A stretch of 64,000 bases of DNA from Stegostoma tigrinum (Eukaryota), in NCBI RefSeq assembly GCF_030684315.1, contig NC_081360.1, positions 11,140,599 to 11,204,598 on the forward strand, in the 5' to 3' direction. Shown here piece by piece: positions 1-13,232 of this stretch (positions are counted from its first letter, which is position 1; each line of letters begins with the position of its first letter). Under the pieces are notes generated by a model. It saw nothing but the letters and a program-made list of their open reading frames with translations. It had not been told where the DNA came from and made no database searches. A program made the position numbers and the translations under genes.

Positions 1-569
1 TGAGTTCTGACCTTTTAGAGCAAGTAATAAGTTAAGATTGCCGGGTACCCACTCTTGACTTTGATATTGAGAATCCTTGATATCAAGCTTGTTCTGCATA
101 TTTGGTAAGGTCAGAAACTGTATGTTAATAAGGTTATCTGTGGCATTAATAAAGCATTTAACAAGCTGTGATCCCACCTAATGGGCAATACATTGCTGCC
201 GAGTGAGAAACCGGCTGCTTGGCAAAACATAAAAAATGAAGTTAATTGCTCCTGACATCACAATAGGCCCTACAGACTTCTTGCACAATTCTTCCTTGGG
301 TTGGTTTCAGTCAATTGCAGAACTTAACACTGCTTGCGAAAAATATAGATGCTTTGTGATCAGCCTTAATCCATCGGGTGACTGCTTCATCATTCGCCCA
401 CTTTCTAACTTAGCACCAATGTAAAAAGCTAGCCAACACTTCACAACAATCCATATTCATTACTCGGGGGATATTATGCAGCATTCTGATACTTGCCCAC
501 AAAACATAGCTTCCAGATACTTAAGCCTTGTGGCTGTGTAAATGTATAGAAAATATAAAGTAATAGGGA

Positions 570-833
570 AACTGTTATCACCTGCAAACATAGACAGAAA
601 ATTGATTAGTTCCGGGCAGTGGTGAATTTTAGGAAGGATATATTGGCCTTGGAGAACGTCCAACTCAGACCCACCAAAATTATTCTGGATCTAAAAGGCT
701 CAAATTATGAGATAAATTGTATAGACTAGGTTTTTAAGACAAAGAGATGATCTAATTAAGGTGATTAGGATAATTAAAAGAGTTACAAGTGTAAATAGAG
801 ACTACTTTGCCTGAGTCCAAGACAGAGGGAACA
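570..833 (+). mobile_element. Old CR1 LINE fragment (ORF2 C-terminal region)
   Basis: Degenerate match to the CR1 segment RKDI.ALE.VQRRFT (tttaggaaggatatattggccttggagaacgtcc) and GDLIEV (gagatgatctaattaaggtg). It probably continues at 3250-3425. Confidence 0.6.
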
Positions 834-1237
834 TTGAATTGAATTGAATTAAATGACATTGTCACTTGTATTTTACAGTGAATAATACAGTAAAATATAA
901 TGAAAATCTTCAACTTATCTGCCTGCTTGCCTCTTATTTGCAATGTGACCACCTTTCAGAACATACTATTCACAGAGCTCTTTGTTTCTTGGATGCACCT
1001 CAGTGTTTAAACCTGGTGCTCAAACTGGTGATGTATCTGCACATATGCTCACCTGGAGCACAAGAAGTGACCACCACTCCCCACATGCCACAGGATGGGA
1101 ATTTCTGGCTGCATAAGCAGGCTGCAGTTCCTTGTATACTATGCCAATTTCCATTGACTCAAGAGAGCATCTGTGGTGAGGTAGCAGTACATCCTGAGCC
1201 AGCTGTACAAGTCCTATCATGACTTTACCAGCAGAAA

Positions 1238-1383
1238 AAATAATGGGAACTGCAGATGCTGGAGAATTCAAGATAACAAAGTGTGAAGCTGGAAGAACAC
1301 AGCAGGCCAAGCAGCATCTCAGGAGCACAAAAGCTGATGTTTCGGGCCTAGACCCTTTTGGTATGCTCCTTCCCTTCATTAGA
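1238..1383 (-). mobile_element. Solo PLE pLTR 3' end with tail; hammerhead core disrupted
   Basis: Close reverse complement of 23810-23935 (taatgggaactgcagatgctggagaattcaagataacaaagtgtg...gatgtttcgggcctagaccctt). About 19 extra nt separate helix II from a CTAATGA variant of the core. Confidence 0.85.
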
Positions 1384-1721
1384 ATGAACTGTGATACATA
1401 AAGAACCTTTCAGTTAAATGTAGAGGGGAACATTTTAGTCACTTTGATCTCCTTTAATACTAGATAATTCTGATTTTCATTCTCCTCTGAGTGCTATTTG
1501 TTCCAAAAACAAAGCTACTATGAGGAATTATTGCCCTAAGTAACTAAACTTTCATTCTTTCAGTATGCACTATAAGTGAAGATGTGGATTGAGAAGGAAG
1601 GTCAAAGCTGGCACTAAATTACTGAGTACATGTAACACTCTAATTCATTGCAAAATAAATGATCAGCATTGCCATATTGCTTGAGATAATCCTATTTTCA
1701 TCATTTGTTCAGTCTTTACAT

Positions 1722-2990
1722 TGCTTTGCTTTGTGCATGGGAAATCATGTCTCACTAACTTGATTGAGTTTTTTGAAGAGGTGACAAAGAAGTTCATGAA
1801 GGCAGAGCAGTAGACATCCATATAGACTTCAACAAACCTTTCGACAATGTTCCACATGATAGACTTGTTAGAAATGTTAGATCATATGGTATCGGGGGAT
1901 GCTAGCCAATTAGATACAAAATTGGCTTCAAGGTAGGAGATAGAGGGTGATGGTAGAGGGTTACATTTCAGACTGGAGGCATGTGACCAGTGTTGCTTCT
2001 CAGGGATCAGTGCTGGATCTGCTGTTTTTCGTAATTTATATAAATGATTTGAATGTGAACATAGTTGGCATGATTGCTAAATTTGCAGATGACATCAAAA
2101 TAGGTGATATAGTGAACAATGAAGAAGATTATCTCAGCGTACAATGAGACATTGATTAGATAGGCCGATAGAGCAAGGAGTGGCAGATGGAGTTTAATTT
2201 AGATAAATGTGAGGTGTTGCATTTTGGTAAGGTAAAGCAGAGCAGGATTTATGCAGTTAATGATAGAGTCCTGGGGCGTGTTGCCAAACAAAGAGACCTA
2301 GGGTTGTAGGTTCCTTGAAAGCAGTGTCGTACATAGATCCGATGGTGAAGAAGGCAGGTCACATACTTGCCTTCATTGGTCAGAGCTTTGAGAATAGGTG
2401 TTGGGATGACATGTCATGCCATTCAGGACGTTGGTAAGGTCACTTTTGGAATACTGCATACAATTCTGGTCACTCTTCTATAGGAAGGATGTTTTTAAAT
2501 TTGAAACGCTACAGAAAATATTTACAATGATTTTGGCAAGTCTGGAGGGTTTGAGTTACAGGGATAGACTGAATAGTCCAGGGTTTTATTTTCCCTTGAG
2601 CATTGGAAGTCAAGGATGACTTTATAGAGGTTTATAAAATCATGATGGGCATGGATGGGGCAACTAGACAAGGTCTTTTTCCTCGGGTGGGGGAGTCCAA
2701 AATTGGAGGATATAGGTTTAAAGGTGAGCAGGAAATGATTCAATAAAGACCTGAGAGGTGAGATTTTCATGCAGAGGCTGGTGCATGTATGAAACAACCT
2801 GCCAGAGGATGTGGTGTAAGCGGGTACAATAATAACATTTAATAGGCATCTGGATGAGTATATGAATAGGAAGGGTTTAGAGGGATGTGGGCCAAATGCT
2901 GGCAAATGAGATGGGATGTCTGGTTGGTGTGGACAAGTTGGATCAAAGGGTCTGTTCCTGCGCTGTTTAAATCTATGGCTTTATGATTTT
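1722..2990 (+). mobile_element. 5'-truncated CR1 LINE (RT domain to 3' tail), decayed
   Basis: CR1 RT motifs: GKSCLTNLIEFFEEVT, SVASQGSVL..LFFVIYINDL, AKFADD, LVRSLLEYCIQFWS. Ends in a tctatggctttatgatt tail. Confidence 0.9.
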
Positions 2991-3249
2991 CTATAACAGT
3001 CGCCAGAATCAGGCACAAATTTGAATATTTTAAGAATAAAACAAATACAAAGATCTAATTGAAAGAGAGTCCATCTTCATTCCGTCACCTCCGTCATGAA
3101 TCCTGAGCCCTGAGCCTGCTCACCAACAAGATCTGTGCCACCTCTCCTCCTCCACCACCTCATCACCGCCCTGCACTCACGAATGTTGGCGTTGCCACTC
3201 TTCAGGCGGAAGCCCGAAAGCCTTTTGTGAAAATCTGATGCTCTGGCCC

Positions 3250-3425
3250 CAAAAAGCTATTTGTTGAAAATTTCTAAACTGAGTTTTATTTAGTTAAACA
3301 AGGAAATTAAGAAATTTGGAACTGATAGAGGTAAGTGGAGTTAAGGTATAGATTAACTATGATCAAATTGGGTAGTGAAACAAGTTTGGGGGTCTAAATA
3401 GTCTTCACCTGTTCCCTATGTTCCT
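3250..3425 (+). mobile_element. CR1 3' UTR/tail fragment
   Basis: ggtaagtggagttaaggtatagattaactatgatc...cctgttccctatgttcct resembles the CR1 3' ends at ~40880-40960 and ~54320-54412. Confidence 0.55.
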
Positions 3426-3974
3426 CAATGGATTTTAGCAATTTGCTTACCTAATTCACTGTTCACATAAAATCTACCAATGATTTGTTGATTGTACTGT
3501 TCATCAGGGATCTCTTCTTACCAACAGTCATTACAATGAATTTTGAAAAATGCATATTTCAGAAATAAGGTTTAATTATCTTACATGAATTAGATCCATA
3601 AAAATCCATCTTTAGGGACAAGGTTTGTCCAGTTGTTAATCACTTGTTGCTTTGTATTAAATAGGCTAATGTATTTGAACTTTGGAGAATTCTCACTGTT
3701 GATTCTTAATGTAGTGTCGTGTTTCAGAAACAATCTAAAGCTTAAAAGATTCTACGAATCAGAAAGTGAACAAAAAATGTGTGCTCATACAGTTGATCCA
3801 TCAGCAACTGAAATGGAATACAGGTCCATACATTTGGTAAAGACCACTCATCATTCACCTGAAACTTCAACCTTTTTTCTCTTTTTAGATGTCAAGATAC
3901 CTTCACCTTCCTTCCAACTATTTATGTTTGTAAATAAATTCTTAAGGAATAGATTTGAACTCTAATCTTACTGA

Positions 3975-4170
3975 AAGAAAGAACAGCATTTCTTTAGTAC
4001 ATTCCAAAACTTCTGGCATCCCAAAGCCATTTACAGTCACAGGAATCAATTTGCTTACAACAAGCTTCCACTATTAGAAATATGATAATAATTAAACAAT
4101 TTTTTTTGACAAAAAAATTGTGTTCAGGGCACCAGAGGAGATTGCCCCTGCTGTTTTTCAAAATCTTTTA
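3975..4170 (-). mobile_element. DeuSINE-like SINE 3' fragment
   Basis: Resembles the reverse complement of the 3' halves of 43420-43850 and 56390-56820 (catcccaaagccatttacagtc, caagcttcca, ttgttcagggcaccag). Confidence 0.5.
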
Positions 4171-4849
4171 AATTCCCTCAATTAAACAAAACATCACTTG
4201 CAAAAGATGAGTTGTAAGAGACCATTTAACTGTGCTACAAGTAACATTCCGAAGGGATGGAGCTACCAAAGAACCAAAATCAGCAATGTCAGTCAGTGTG
4301 CTCCTCTGAAGTCCTGAACTCTAGATTTGTCCTGTAAATGGCACTGTGTTTGGTAAGTATGTTGTTGAGATGATTTCAGAGCCCACAAATTATCTGCTAA
4401 GGTGAATTCAGATTTGTTCCATTTGTCCAGTCAGAGAAATGGTGAAAACTACAAAAGATACAAACACATTGAAGTTTGGATGAGCACTTATAGAAAGTAC
4501 AAGTATTCAGAATGGTTGCTTGAAAATGTATTTAGTACCTAAACAGAGACTCTCAACCCATGTCCGTCAAAATCAGGAACACATATGCATACCATGAGAG
4601 TGATGAAAAGCCTTTTCACAAGCCTTTTCACCCATGCCACCAAAGTACCATCAATAAGTTTTGCTTCTTTTTCTCCTTCCCACTAAATCTTAGTGCAACA
4701 GCCTGATTGGCTCTTAAACTCATCAGTCCTGGAGATTATATGGATGAAACTGAGAGTGCTTGTTTGTAGACAGACTGGGCATGCCTTGTGTATTTTTGCT
4801 GAAGGTGAGTTGACCCTCCTTGGTTTCAACTTCCAATGCTTGGAGGAGG

Positions 4850-4945
4850 ACATGCAGGTTTAGTAGGACATATTTCTCCTGGATTGTATTGATCTCTCCT
4901 TTAAATGCTTCCCATTGCTGTTCCACCTTTTGTCAGTATAGTTTT
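4850..4945 (-). mobile_element. CR1 ORF2 linker fragment
   Basis: Translation EQQWEAFKGEINTIQEKYV is typical of the CR1 region after the endonuclease. Confidence 0.6.
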
Positions 4946-5859
4946 TCCAGACTATTTTCCCTGGTTCTATTTTCACCCCTCTATTATTTTTTGGTCTTTG
5001 TAATTCTGCACCTTTCAGCTAACTTTGCTGAAATAATAAATTTCCCTGAATTAAAGAAAACCTTTAACTACAAGAGGAAAAAATAACTTAGAAGTAAACG
5101 CTGATTGAGTGAAATGAATTCATCTGGAAAATGGCTTGTATGAAGTATAAATACTGCGTTGACCAACTGGGATGATTATGCTATTCTGTGCTGTAAATAC
5201 TTACTTAGGTGTACACTCTGCAACTGCTACGAACAGCAAGACTGGATGTTATACAGAGGAAATTCAAATTTTCAATGTGTGCAGCTACAATTAGTCTAAC
5301 TAATTTGAACTTGCAATGCAAATCTACTTTTTTGAACAGTCTGCTCAGTTTCACTGCAGTGCAAATAGACCAGCTTCATAATCTGTTGTTGATTTTTGGT
5401 TTCTGATACCATGTAGCAATTCCAGCTGTTGCAGTGGACATGGTGCAATGACATTGTAAAGTCAGACTGCCTACTGACAATTTTCTGCTCTGAATAGAGC
5501 AGCTGAAACAGCATGCTATTTGGCTGCCTTATAGTAGGACATCGTGCTTGTTTTACATCATGTCTCATCATGAATTCAGCACAAAGAAAACCATAGTACG
5601 ACAGGGACTATTACAGGGTTAAACTCAATAGCCACTGGCAGGGATCAATGCACAACAATTTTGTGCCAATTGATTCCAATGCTAGCAGCATATAAGCTTC
5701 AAGGGATTTACTCGTTTACAAGATTTCACTGCACATTCGACATTACCATGTGCCTAGTGGCTGCATGCCTCAGCAAGGAACCTAGAATCATGACATCAGA
5801 TCACTCGTTAAAGCTACCCTACATCAATTCAAATAAAGGTATGTTCTGGCAGAAACAGA

Positions 5860-6470
5860 AGCTGGAAGATTAGAGAATCTAGCCACCATCACTTGATATT
5901 CAATGATATTGTCATCCCCAAGCCCCCCAGTATCAACATGCTAGGGGTTATATTGACCAAAAGCTGAACTAGAGCAGCCATATAAATATTGCAGCTACAA
6001 GACCAAGCCAGAGACTGGAAATTCTGCAATGAGTGACTCACTTCTGCCCAAAGCTTGTCAATCATCTACAAGGAACATTCAGGATGTGGCAGAACACACT
6101 CCACTTTCCTGGACAGATGCAGCTCCAACAAAACTCAAGAAGCTTGACACCATCCAGAACAAAGCAGCCCACTTGATTGGCACCACATCCACAAGCATCC
6201 ACTCCCTCCATTACCAACACTTTGAGTATGATCTACAAGATGCACTGCAGAAATTCAGCAAGGCTCCTCAGACAGTATCTTCCAAACCTGCTATCTCTAC
6301 CATCTACAAAGATAAAGGCAGTAGATGGACAGAACACCATCACCTACAAAGTTCCTTCCAAGTCACAAATCATCCTGATTGTGGACATACATGACCATTT
6401 TTTCAGTGCCACTGGGTCAAAATCCTGGAAATCCCTTCCCAGTGCCCAAAAGGCAGCAGCTGTTCATGTA
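5860..6470 (+). mobile_element. Non-LTR retrotransposon 3' fragment (CR1/L2 group); possible partner LINE of the MetaSINE-like SINEs
   Basis: Decayed post-RT protein: INMLGV..DQKLN, AEHTPLSWTDAAPTKLKKLDTIQNKAAHLIG, YKMHCRNSARLLRQYLP, GSKSWKSLP. Confidence 0.7.
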
Positions 6471-6587
6471 AGCGCTTTGCCAGTATTTTCTCCAGAGTGA
6501 TTAGGAAATGCTGCATTTGCGAGCAATGTCTATATTCATTTAGCCAATTTTTTAAAAAAAAGATTATTGCCTGGGACAGGCAGAAGA

Positions 6588-6680
6588 ATGGCGCAATATG
6601 GGAGAGAAAGGACTCCAAGGTTTTCTGCTCGTGGACATGCAGAGAACAGGTGATGTGCTATGTCCAGAGCAGATCCACCA
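6588..6680 (+). mobile_element. Possible PIF/Harbinger Myb/SANT-like accessory gene remnant (first exon)
   Basis: MAQYGRERTPRFS followed by a frameshift into LVDMQRTGDVLCP resembles the R.RAPRFS...LV..V..RRDVL.P start of Harbinger Myb-like proteins. Confidence 0.4.
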
Positions 6681-7199
6681 AGGAAATTTCAATCATAACA
6701 GTTGCCTCACCCAACATATTACTGCACGCACTGACAAAATTATCTTTGTTTTGCACGGCAAGTTGGCACACAACTTTGCAGTAAAAGCTAACTAGTGAGG
6801 GCATCAATGTCCTTACTGCCATGAAGAAGATAATGCTTACCTTCATAAAAGTCATCATTGCTGAAGCTGTGGCAAGCAATAAGTTTGAAATAATAGAATA
6901 TACTGGTTTCCTTGCACATAATCTTCATTCTCATTTCCACTTCCCACTGCATTGTCTCACAACCTGTTATGATTTAGAAGCTGCAGAAAATATAAGCATG
7001 CACCTCTTACTTCCTCCCTCACCTCGCCACAACTTTAACCTCATATCTTTCTTCTTTCAGATACCCAAGAACTCCAAATTAGCCAAGCAGTGGTGAAAAA
7101 TATCTGTTTAAATCTCAATAAACAATTTAAAGTACTATAAGTCTGCAGAAAAAAAACAATATGACAATGCTTTTTATAAAAACAAATACATTTACTTAA

Positions 7200-7450
7200 C
7201 ATACCATATTGTGAATGTCCCAAACAGCTTCACAGGACTGTTACCAGGCAAAATTTGATGTTGAGCCACAGAAGGAGGTAAGGTGGACAGATGAGGAAAG
7301 ACTTGGGTAAACAGATTTTAAGGAGCAAATGAAAGCTGTCCAGAGCTGGAGAGATTGGTGGGGTTGGGAGCAAGCCGTAATCTCAGAGCTCAGGTCCTAG
7401 TTACCTAAAGCTCAGCCACCACTGGTGAGCCAAAGAAAATGAGATAGAGA
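7200..7450 (-). mobile_element. L2-like LINE 3' fragment
   Basis: gtcccaaacagcttcacagg...tttgatgttgagccacagaaggag...ttttaaggagc...agagctcaggtcctagttacctaaagc is similar to 25810-26100. Confidence 0.5.
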
Positions 7451-8989
7451 AAGTTTGTCTTCTAAACTCAAAAGATGATATTATATTATAATTTTATCAG
7501 TGAAATTCTGATTTTAGGTTTATTGCCTATTTTATGGCAGAACTGGTGTGAGAGCAGTTGTTTGCTTTGATCTGTGCGCCTTATTAGGCATGTAATTAAT
7601 ATATCTTTCAATAATGATCTGATCATCTTGAAAGCACTGCATATACATGGGGTTGGATAGAGAATTTTATCCTCATTCTGCCAAACTTACTCTGCAATTA
7701 ATTGCTTATTAATTAATTCACACAGTTTTAAATAGGCCAAATGTGCTTCTGCACTGTGTTTCTGTGGCTGAGCATAGACCCAGGAAGCCTAGCCATTTAG
7801 CCATGGAATGATGTGCAGTGACCAAGATGAAGGCAGATTCAGAGTGAAGGGATGATGATGCAGGAGGAGAAACATATTTTAAGTGGGAAGGCCCTAATAA
7901 TATTGCGCATTTCAAAAGAATAATTTGTTAAATTGATGTTCAAATCAGTAAAGGCAGTGACTTCATGATGCATAACCTCAATTCACAAAGTTTAGGCGAA
8001 CACCAGCACACAGTACTCAGGTGAAACCAATGCGTATCTAAACTCTTAGGTGGACGTACAATATCCTGTGACACTATTTCAGAAAACAGCAGATTTATTC
8101 CCTGTTTTAGCTACTATTTATTTTAATTATAGTCATTATTACAATTCTGTGCATGGATGTTCATTGTGTGTAAGTTGTTTGGTACATTTCCCACACCATA
8201 TTTGTGATCAGTGTTTCCTCTATGCTGCACAGCAACTCTGAGACGTCTGCACATGCTGATCAGCGTGAGAACATAATTGACGTCTGGTTCTAGCAGTCAT
8301 TGCCATGCACGAACCTTGAAGATCCAGGAAGCTGCAGGAAAAATTAGATGGAATGTAGATTGTGACTACTTTCACAGTCCTTTATTGACTGTAAAGGAGC
8401 ACATAAATTCAGTCAGCCAGTTGAGTTTGGTCTAGGACTGAATGCTAAGAGGTGGTAAGCAAAAGAGTTTCAATCATTTTACGCTATTTAATTTTGTTTG
8501 AAGTAAGCATTTGTTAGCGTGAAACTAAAATCTGCAGTTTACATTCCAAAGTTCCTAGCCTTCAGCAGGTTTTTAACAATGTGTGGTAGAAGAGCATTTT
8601 GGCTTAATTAATTAAACAAGCAGCTGACTGTGGTTTCTTTGTAAGTCGGTCAGCCAAGCCATCCATGATAGAAGCATATAAAACTACTGAACTTTGCATG
8701 ACTTATCGTTTGAGTGTGACTTAAATTTTGGTGCCGAATTTTTGGTGATTAAGGGAGGAAGGGTAAGAGCTACTCCGTTGAACTATTTCAGCCTCCAGGA
8801 ATTGTTTCATACTGTAACACATAAGAAGAAGCCAGTCATTCAGTGAGTATTTGGTAAGCTAGTGAGATTTATTCTATTCTTTAGGTTCAAAATAGTATAA
8901 CAGTTAGTGATAAGGATCACAAAATGTATAAAAACAAAACAAAATATATAATTTAGTAAAACAATTAAATAAAATTATAGCGCTTCCAG

Positions 8990-10390
8990 GATGGCAGGCT
9001 GAGTGGTGTGTTACATCACAGCTTATGGAAGCTCCTGAATACCGACTGATACAGGACAAACAGATCTGCATTAAGTGTTTGACGGTCAAACAGCTTCAGC
9101 TCAGAGTTTCTTAGCTGGATGCTGAATTATATTATTACTGTGACACATCATGGAGGGGGAACATTCTCTGTGTCAGGGCCAGCAAAAGAGTGTGACTGTG
9201 AGTGAGGCAGATAAGAGCACCCAGAGGGAAGACACTTAGGACCCTCAGACTTTGCAATTGTCTGACAGCTTTGAAGTCATTCCAGCATTTTAGAATGACA
9301 GTGGAGGCTAGAAAATGGATCCGTTAACTGACCATAGCGCAATTGTGAGACCATTCAAGTCAAGGAAGCAAAAAGAAATATAGAGGAGTAGGGGACAATA
9401 TAGTCAGAGGGATTGGTATTGTTCTTTATAGCAAAGGGCATAAATCTAGTGCCACAACAATGACCCCCAAAGGTTGCAGGAACAGTATCTCATACTTTGC
9501 TTGGGAACCCTGCAGACGAATGGTCTCAATGTGAACTTCACAAGTTTCAAACTCTCCCCTCCCAAAGCCAGTCCAGCTCGTCCCTGCCTCCCTAACCTGT
9601 CCATCCACTCCTTCCAACTCAAGCCCCACCCCCACCTCCTACCTATCAGCATCATCCCACCTCCCTTCCCTAACTCCCCACCTACACTCACCTTTACTGG
9701 GTCCATCCCCACCTCTTTGACCTGTCTGTCTCCTCTCCACCAACCTGCTCCTTTATCCATCTTCCATCTGCCTCCCCCCTCTCCCTATTTATTTTAGAAC
9801 GCCCTTCCCCTTCCCCATTTTTGAAGAAGGGTCCAGACCCAAAACATCAACTTTCCTGCTCCTCTGCCTCTTGGCCTGCTGTGTTCATCCAGCTCTACAC
9901 CTTCTAATCTCAGATTCTCCAGCACCGACAGTTCCCACTGTCTATAAATACAGACAGCTGTGTTTCTTGCCTGATTTCAGTGTTTATGACATCTGCTCAG
10001 ATTTGGAAAGGAAATTGCAGTGGGAGGGAGAGGATCCGATCATTCTAGTCCACATTGACACAAACAATCTAGGCAGAATAAAATAAGTTCAACATAATCA
10101 GTATGAGGAGTAAAACACCAAGTTAAGGGCCAGTACCTCAAAGGTCATAATCAATGGATTATTACTTGAGTCACGTGCAAATCAGCAAAGGGAAAGATTG
10201 GAAAGTTGAATGCATGGCTCAATGTTTGGGATGAGTAAAGCGGATTCTGGTTCCTGGGGCATTGGCACCAGTACTGAAGAAAGTTGAATCAGTATCATTT
10301 GGACAGTTCTACTTAAGGACCCCTATATCATGGAGTGACTGACCAACTTCTTGGCTGAAAGCTTTTGATAAAACGGTTAACTCACATTTG
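8990..10390 (+). mobile_element. Old CR1 ORF1 (SGNH/GDSL esterase-like) remnant, split by a PLE insertion at 9450-9943
   Basis: VGDNIVRG before the insertion; CFLPDFSVYDICSDLERKLQWEGEDPIILVHIDTNNLGR after it (CR1 ORF1 pattern VGDS.VRG...LPGA...VVVHVGTND); later LNAWL...GFWFLGHW. Confidence 0.7.
9450..9943 (+). mobile_element. 5'-truncated PLE (end of GIY-YIG ORF, C-rich UTR, pLTR with tail)
   Basis: RLQEQYLILCLGTLQTNGLNVNF is homologous to ~24865-24945. Degenerate hammerhead ttgaagaagggtccagacccaaaacatc. Possible TSD ataaatctag (9440-9449) / ataaatacag (9944-9953). Confidence 0.85.
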
Positions 10391-10669
10391 AAACAGAGTG
10401 CATCATTTATCATAGGAGCATCTGCCTTTTGTCTTTTTATATCTTTAATTAGCACTCCTTGTGGAAATTTTGAGTGCTTTGCAATGTATACTAAGTTCTG
10501 CAATCACTGTCACAGTGTACCAAAACAGAATGTTTCTTATGATTTTTGGATGTTCTTGGTTGTCCACCTTATTTTACTTCTTTTCCTATTGTGTACTTTA
10601 ATTATTTGTATCATTTAACAGTACAGCTCAAATGACTAATTACAATGTCATCATGTCCATGGTCTGTTG

Positions 10670-13232
10670 TAGAATCATGGAGTCATACAGCATGGAAATA
10701 GACCCTTCAGTCCAATCAGATATGTCGAACATAATCTAAAGCTAAACTAATCCTACCTGCCTGCTCCTGGTCCATATCCTTCCAAACCTTTCTTATTCAC
10801 GTACTTATCCAAATGTCTTTTAAATGTTTTAATTGTACCCGTATCCATCACTTCCTCAGGAAGTTCATTCCACACACGAACCACCTTCTGTGTAAAAAAC
10901 AATTGCCTGATGTCTTTTTTAAACCTCTCTCCAGTGATCTTAAAATTGTGCTCCCTAGTCTTGAAATCCCCCATTCTAGGGAAAAGACAACTACCATCAA
11001 CTCTATTTATACCTCTCATCATTTTATAAACTTCTACTAGGTCACCTCTCAGCCTCCTACACTGTATGAAAAGAGTCCCTGCCTATCCAGCCTAACTTAA
11101 TAATTCAAACATTTTATACCCAGCAACATCCTGGTAAAGCTTTTTTGAACCCTCTCCAGCTTGGTAATATCCTTCCTATAACTGGGCCACCAGAATAAGA
11201 TACAGATCTTCAGAAGAGGACTCATCAGTATCATGTACAACCTCCACATAACATTCTAACCCTTATACTCAAAGAACTATGCAATGTAGGCAAGCGTGCC
11301 TATTGCGTTATTACGCACCCTGTCTAAATGTGACACAAACGTCAAGGAATATGTACCTGCATCCCTCGGTCCCTCTGTTCTTCAACACTATCCGAGGCCC
11401 TACCTTTAACTGTATATGCCGTACCCTTGTCTGTTGTACCAAAATGCAATACCTCGCATTTATCCAGATTATATCCAATATCTCCAACTGCCATTTTTCA
11501 GCCCGTTGATCCATTTGATCAAGATCCCTCATTAATCTTATAAAATCTTCTTCACACTCTACTATGCCACCAATTTTGGTGTCATTTGCAAATTTACTAA
11601 CCATGCCTTCTATACTCTCGTCCAAATTATTTATATAAATGACAAGCAAACAAGGATCCAGAATTGATCCCTTTGGAACACCACTGGTGACATGCTTCCA
11701 GTCCGAAAAGTGACCCTCCACCATTACTCTCTGTATCCTGCCATTAAATCAATTACATATCCAAATGGCAAGCTTACTCTGAATCCCATGTGACCTAACT
11801 TTACTAATTAGTCTACCATGTGGAACCTTGTCAAAGGCTTTACTAGAATCCAAATAAACAACATATACTGCTCTGGCATCATCAATTTTTCTGGTAACCT
11901 CCTCAAAAAACTCAATCAGGTTTGTGAGTCACAATTTTTCCTCACACAAAACCATACTGACTATCCCTAATCAATTTTTGCCTCTCTAAATGTCCAGAAA
12001 TCCTATATTTTATAGTCACCTTCTACAATTTACGCACAACCGAAGTCAGACTCATGGGTCTATAGTTCCCCAGTTTCACCTTACAACCTGTCTTAAACAA
12101 AGATGCAACATTAGCCACCCTCCAGTAATCAGATGCCACACCCATAGTTATAGATGATGCAAATATTTCTGCAAAGGGTTTCGTAATTTCCTCCCTTAAA
12201 TCCCTCAACATTCTGGGATTCATTAGATCAGATCCCGGGGATTTATCCACTTATGTATTATCTAAGACCTCCCAAATTTCCTCTTCTGTAATGTGAACTG
12301 TTTTTAAAACATCAAAGGTTATTTCTCTGCATTGTCTAGATGCTATTTATTTCTCAACAGTAAAAACTGATGCGAAACATTCATTTAGTATCTCTACTGT
12401 TTCCCGGGGTTCTACACAAAGTCGACCTCCATGATCTTTAAGAGGCCCTGCCTTCTCTCTAGTTACCCACTTACTTTTAATGTATTTGTAGAGTCTCTTT
12501 GAATTATTCCTAACTTTATCCACCAATGCTATCTCATATCCCCTCTTTGCCTTCCTGATTTCTCACTTAAGAATGCCCCTACACTCTTTATATTGATTAA
12601 GAGATTCAATTGAACCAAGTTGTCTATATTTGAAGTAAGAATCTCTTTTATTCTTGACTAGCACCTCAATATCTTTATTTATCCATTGTTTGTTAATCTT
12701 TCCAGCTGTACCCACAGTCTAACAAGAGCAAAATCTCTCTGAACCCTCATCTTCACACACTTGAATGCCTCCCTTTTGTTCTTTTACCTGCAAACAATCT
12801 ACTCCAATCAACTTTTAAATGTTCTTGTTTCATACCATTAAAATTTGCCAATCTCCAGTTAAAAACTTTAACTTTTATGGAAGGCTTATCTCTTTCCATA
12901 ACCATTTTGAAAGTAATAAAATTATGATCACTAGACCCAGAGTATTCCCTACTTTTACTTCAGTCATCTGCCCTTTCTCATTGCCCAAAAGAAGGTCCAG
13001 TTTTTTTCCTTCTCCAGCAGGAGCATCCACATATCGATAAAGAAAATTTTCTTGAATACATTTGACAAATTCTTTGCCATCCAAACCTTTAATACTCTGG
13101 TCGCCCCAGTCAACATTTGGAAAATTAAAATCACCCATTATTATAACCTTATGGTCCTTACATATGTCTGACATCTTCCTACATATTTGTTTCTCAATTT
13201 CCCTCTCACTACTGGGGGGTCTGCAGTACAAT
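10670..13232 (-). mobile_element. 5'-truncated CR1 LINE (partial APE endonuclease, RT, 3' tail), decayed
   Basis: Fragments YCRPPSS...IIMGDFNFPNVDW (APE), DKSPGSD...NYRPMSLTS, SGVPKGSILDP..INNL..KFANDTK, FFTQKVVRVWNELP. Tail near 10670. Confidence 0.92.

Noticed and set aside
3065-3230. GC-richer island ending ttcaggcggaagcccgaaagcc
   Set aside because: It has a GAAA hairpin but no correctly placed CUGANGA box. I could not assign it; possibly a retroelement 5' fragment.
3728-3836. Possible + exon (tttcag...TTG/gtaaag; NNLKLKRFYESESEQKMC...) and a strong donor TTTG/GTAAGT at 4353
   Set aside because: No recognisable protein and no compatible partner exon. All three frames upstream of the 4353 donor are closed.
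4608-4632. 12-bp tandem duplication aagccttttcac x2
   Set aside because: An ordinary slippage duplication.
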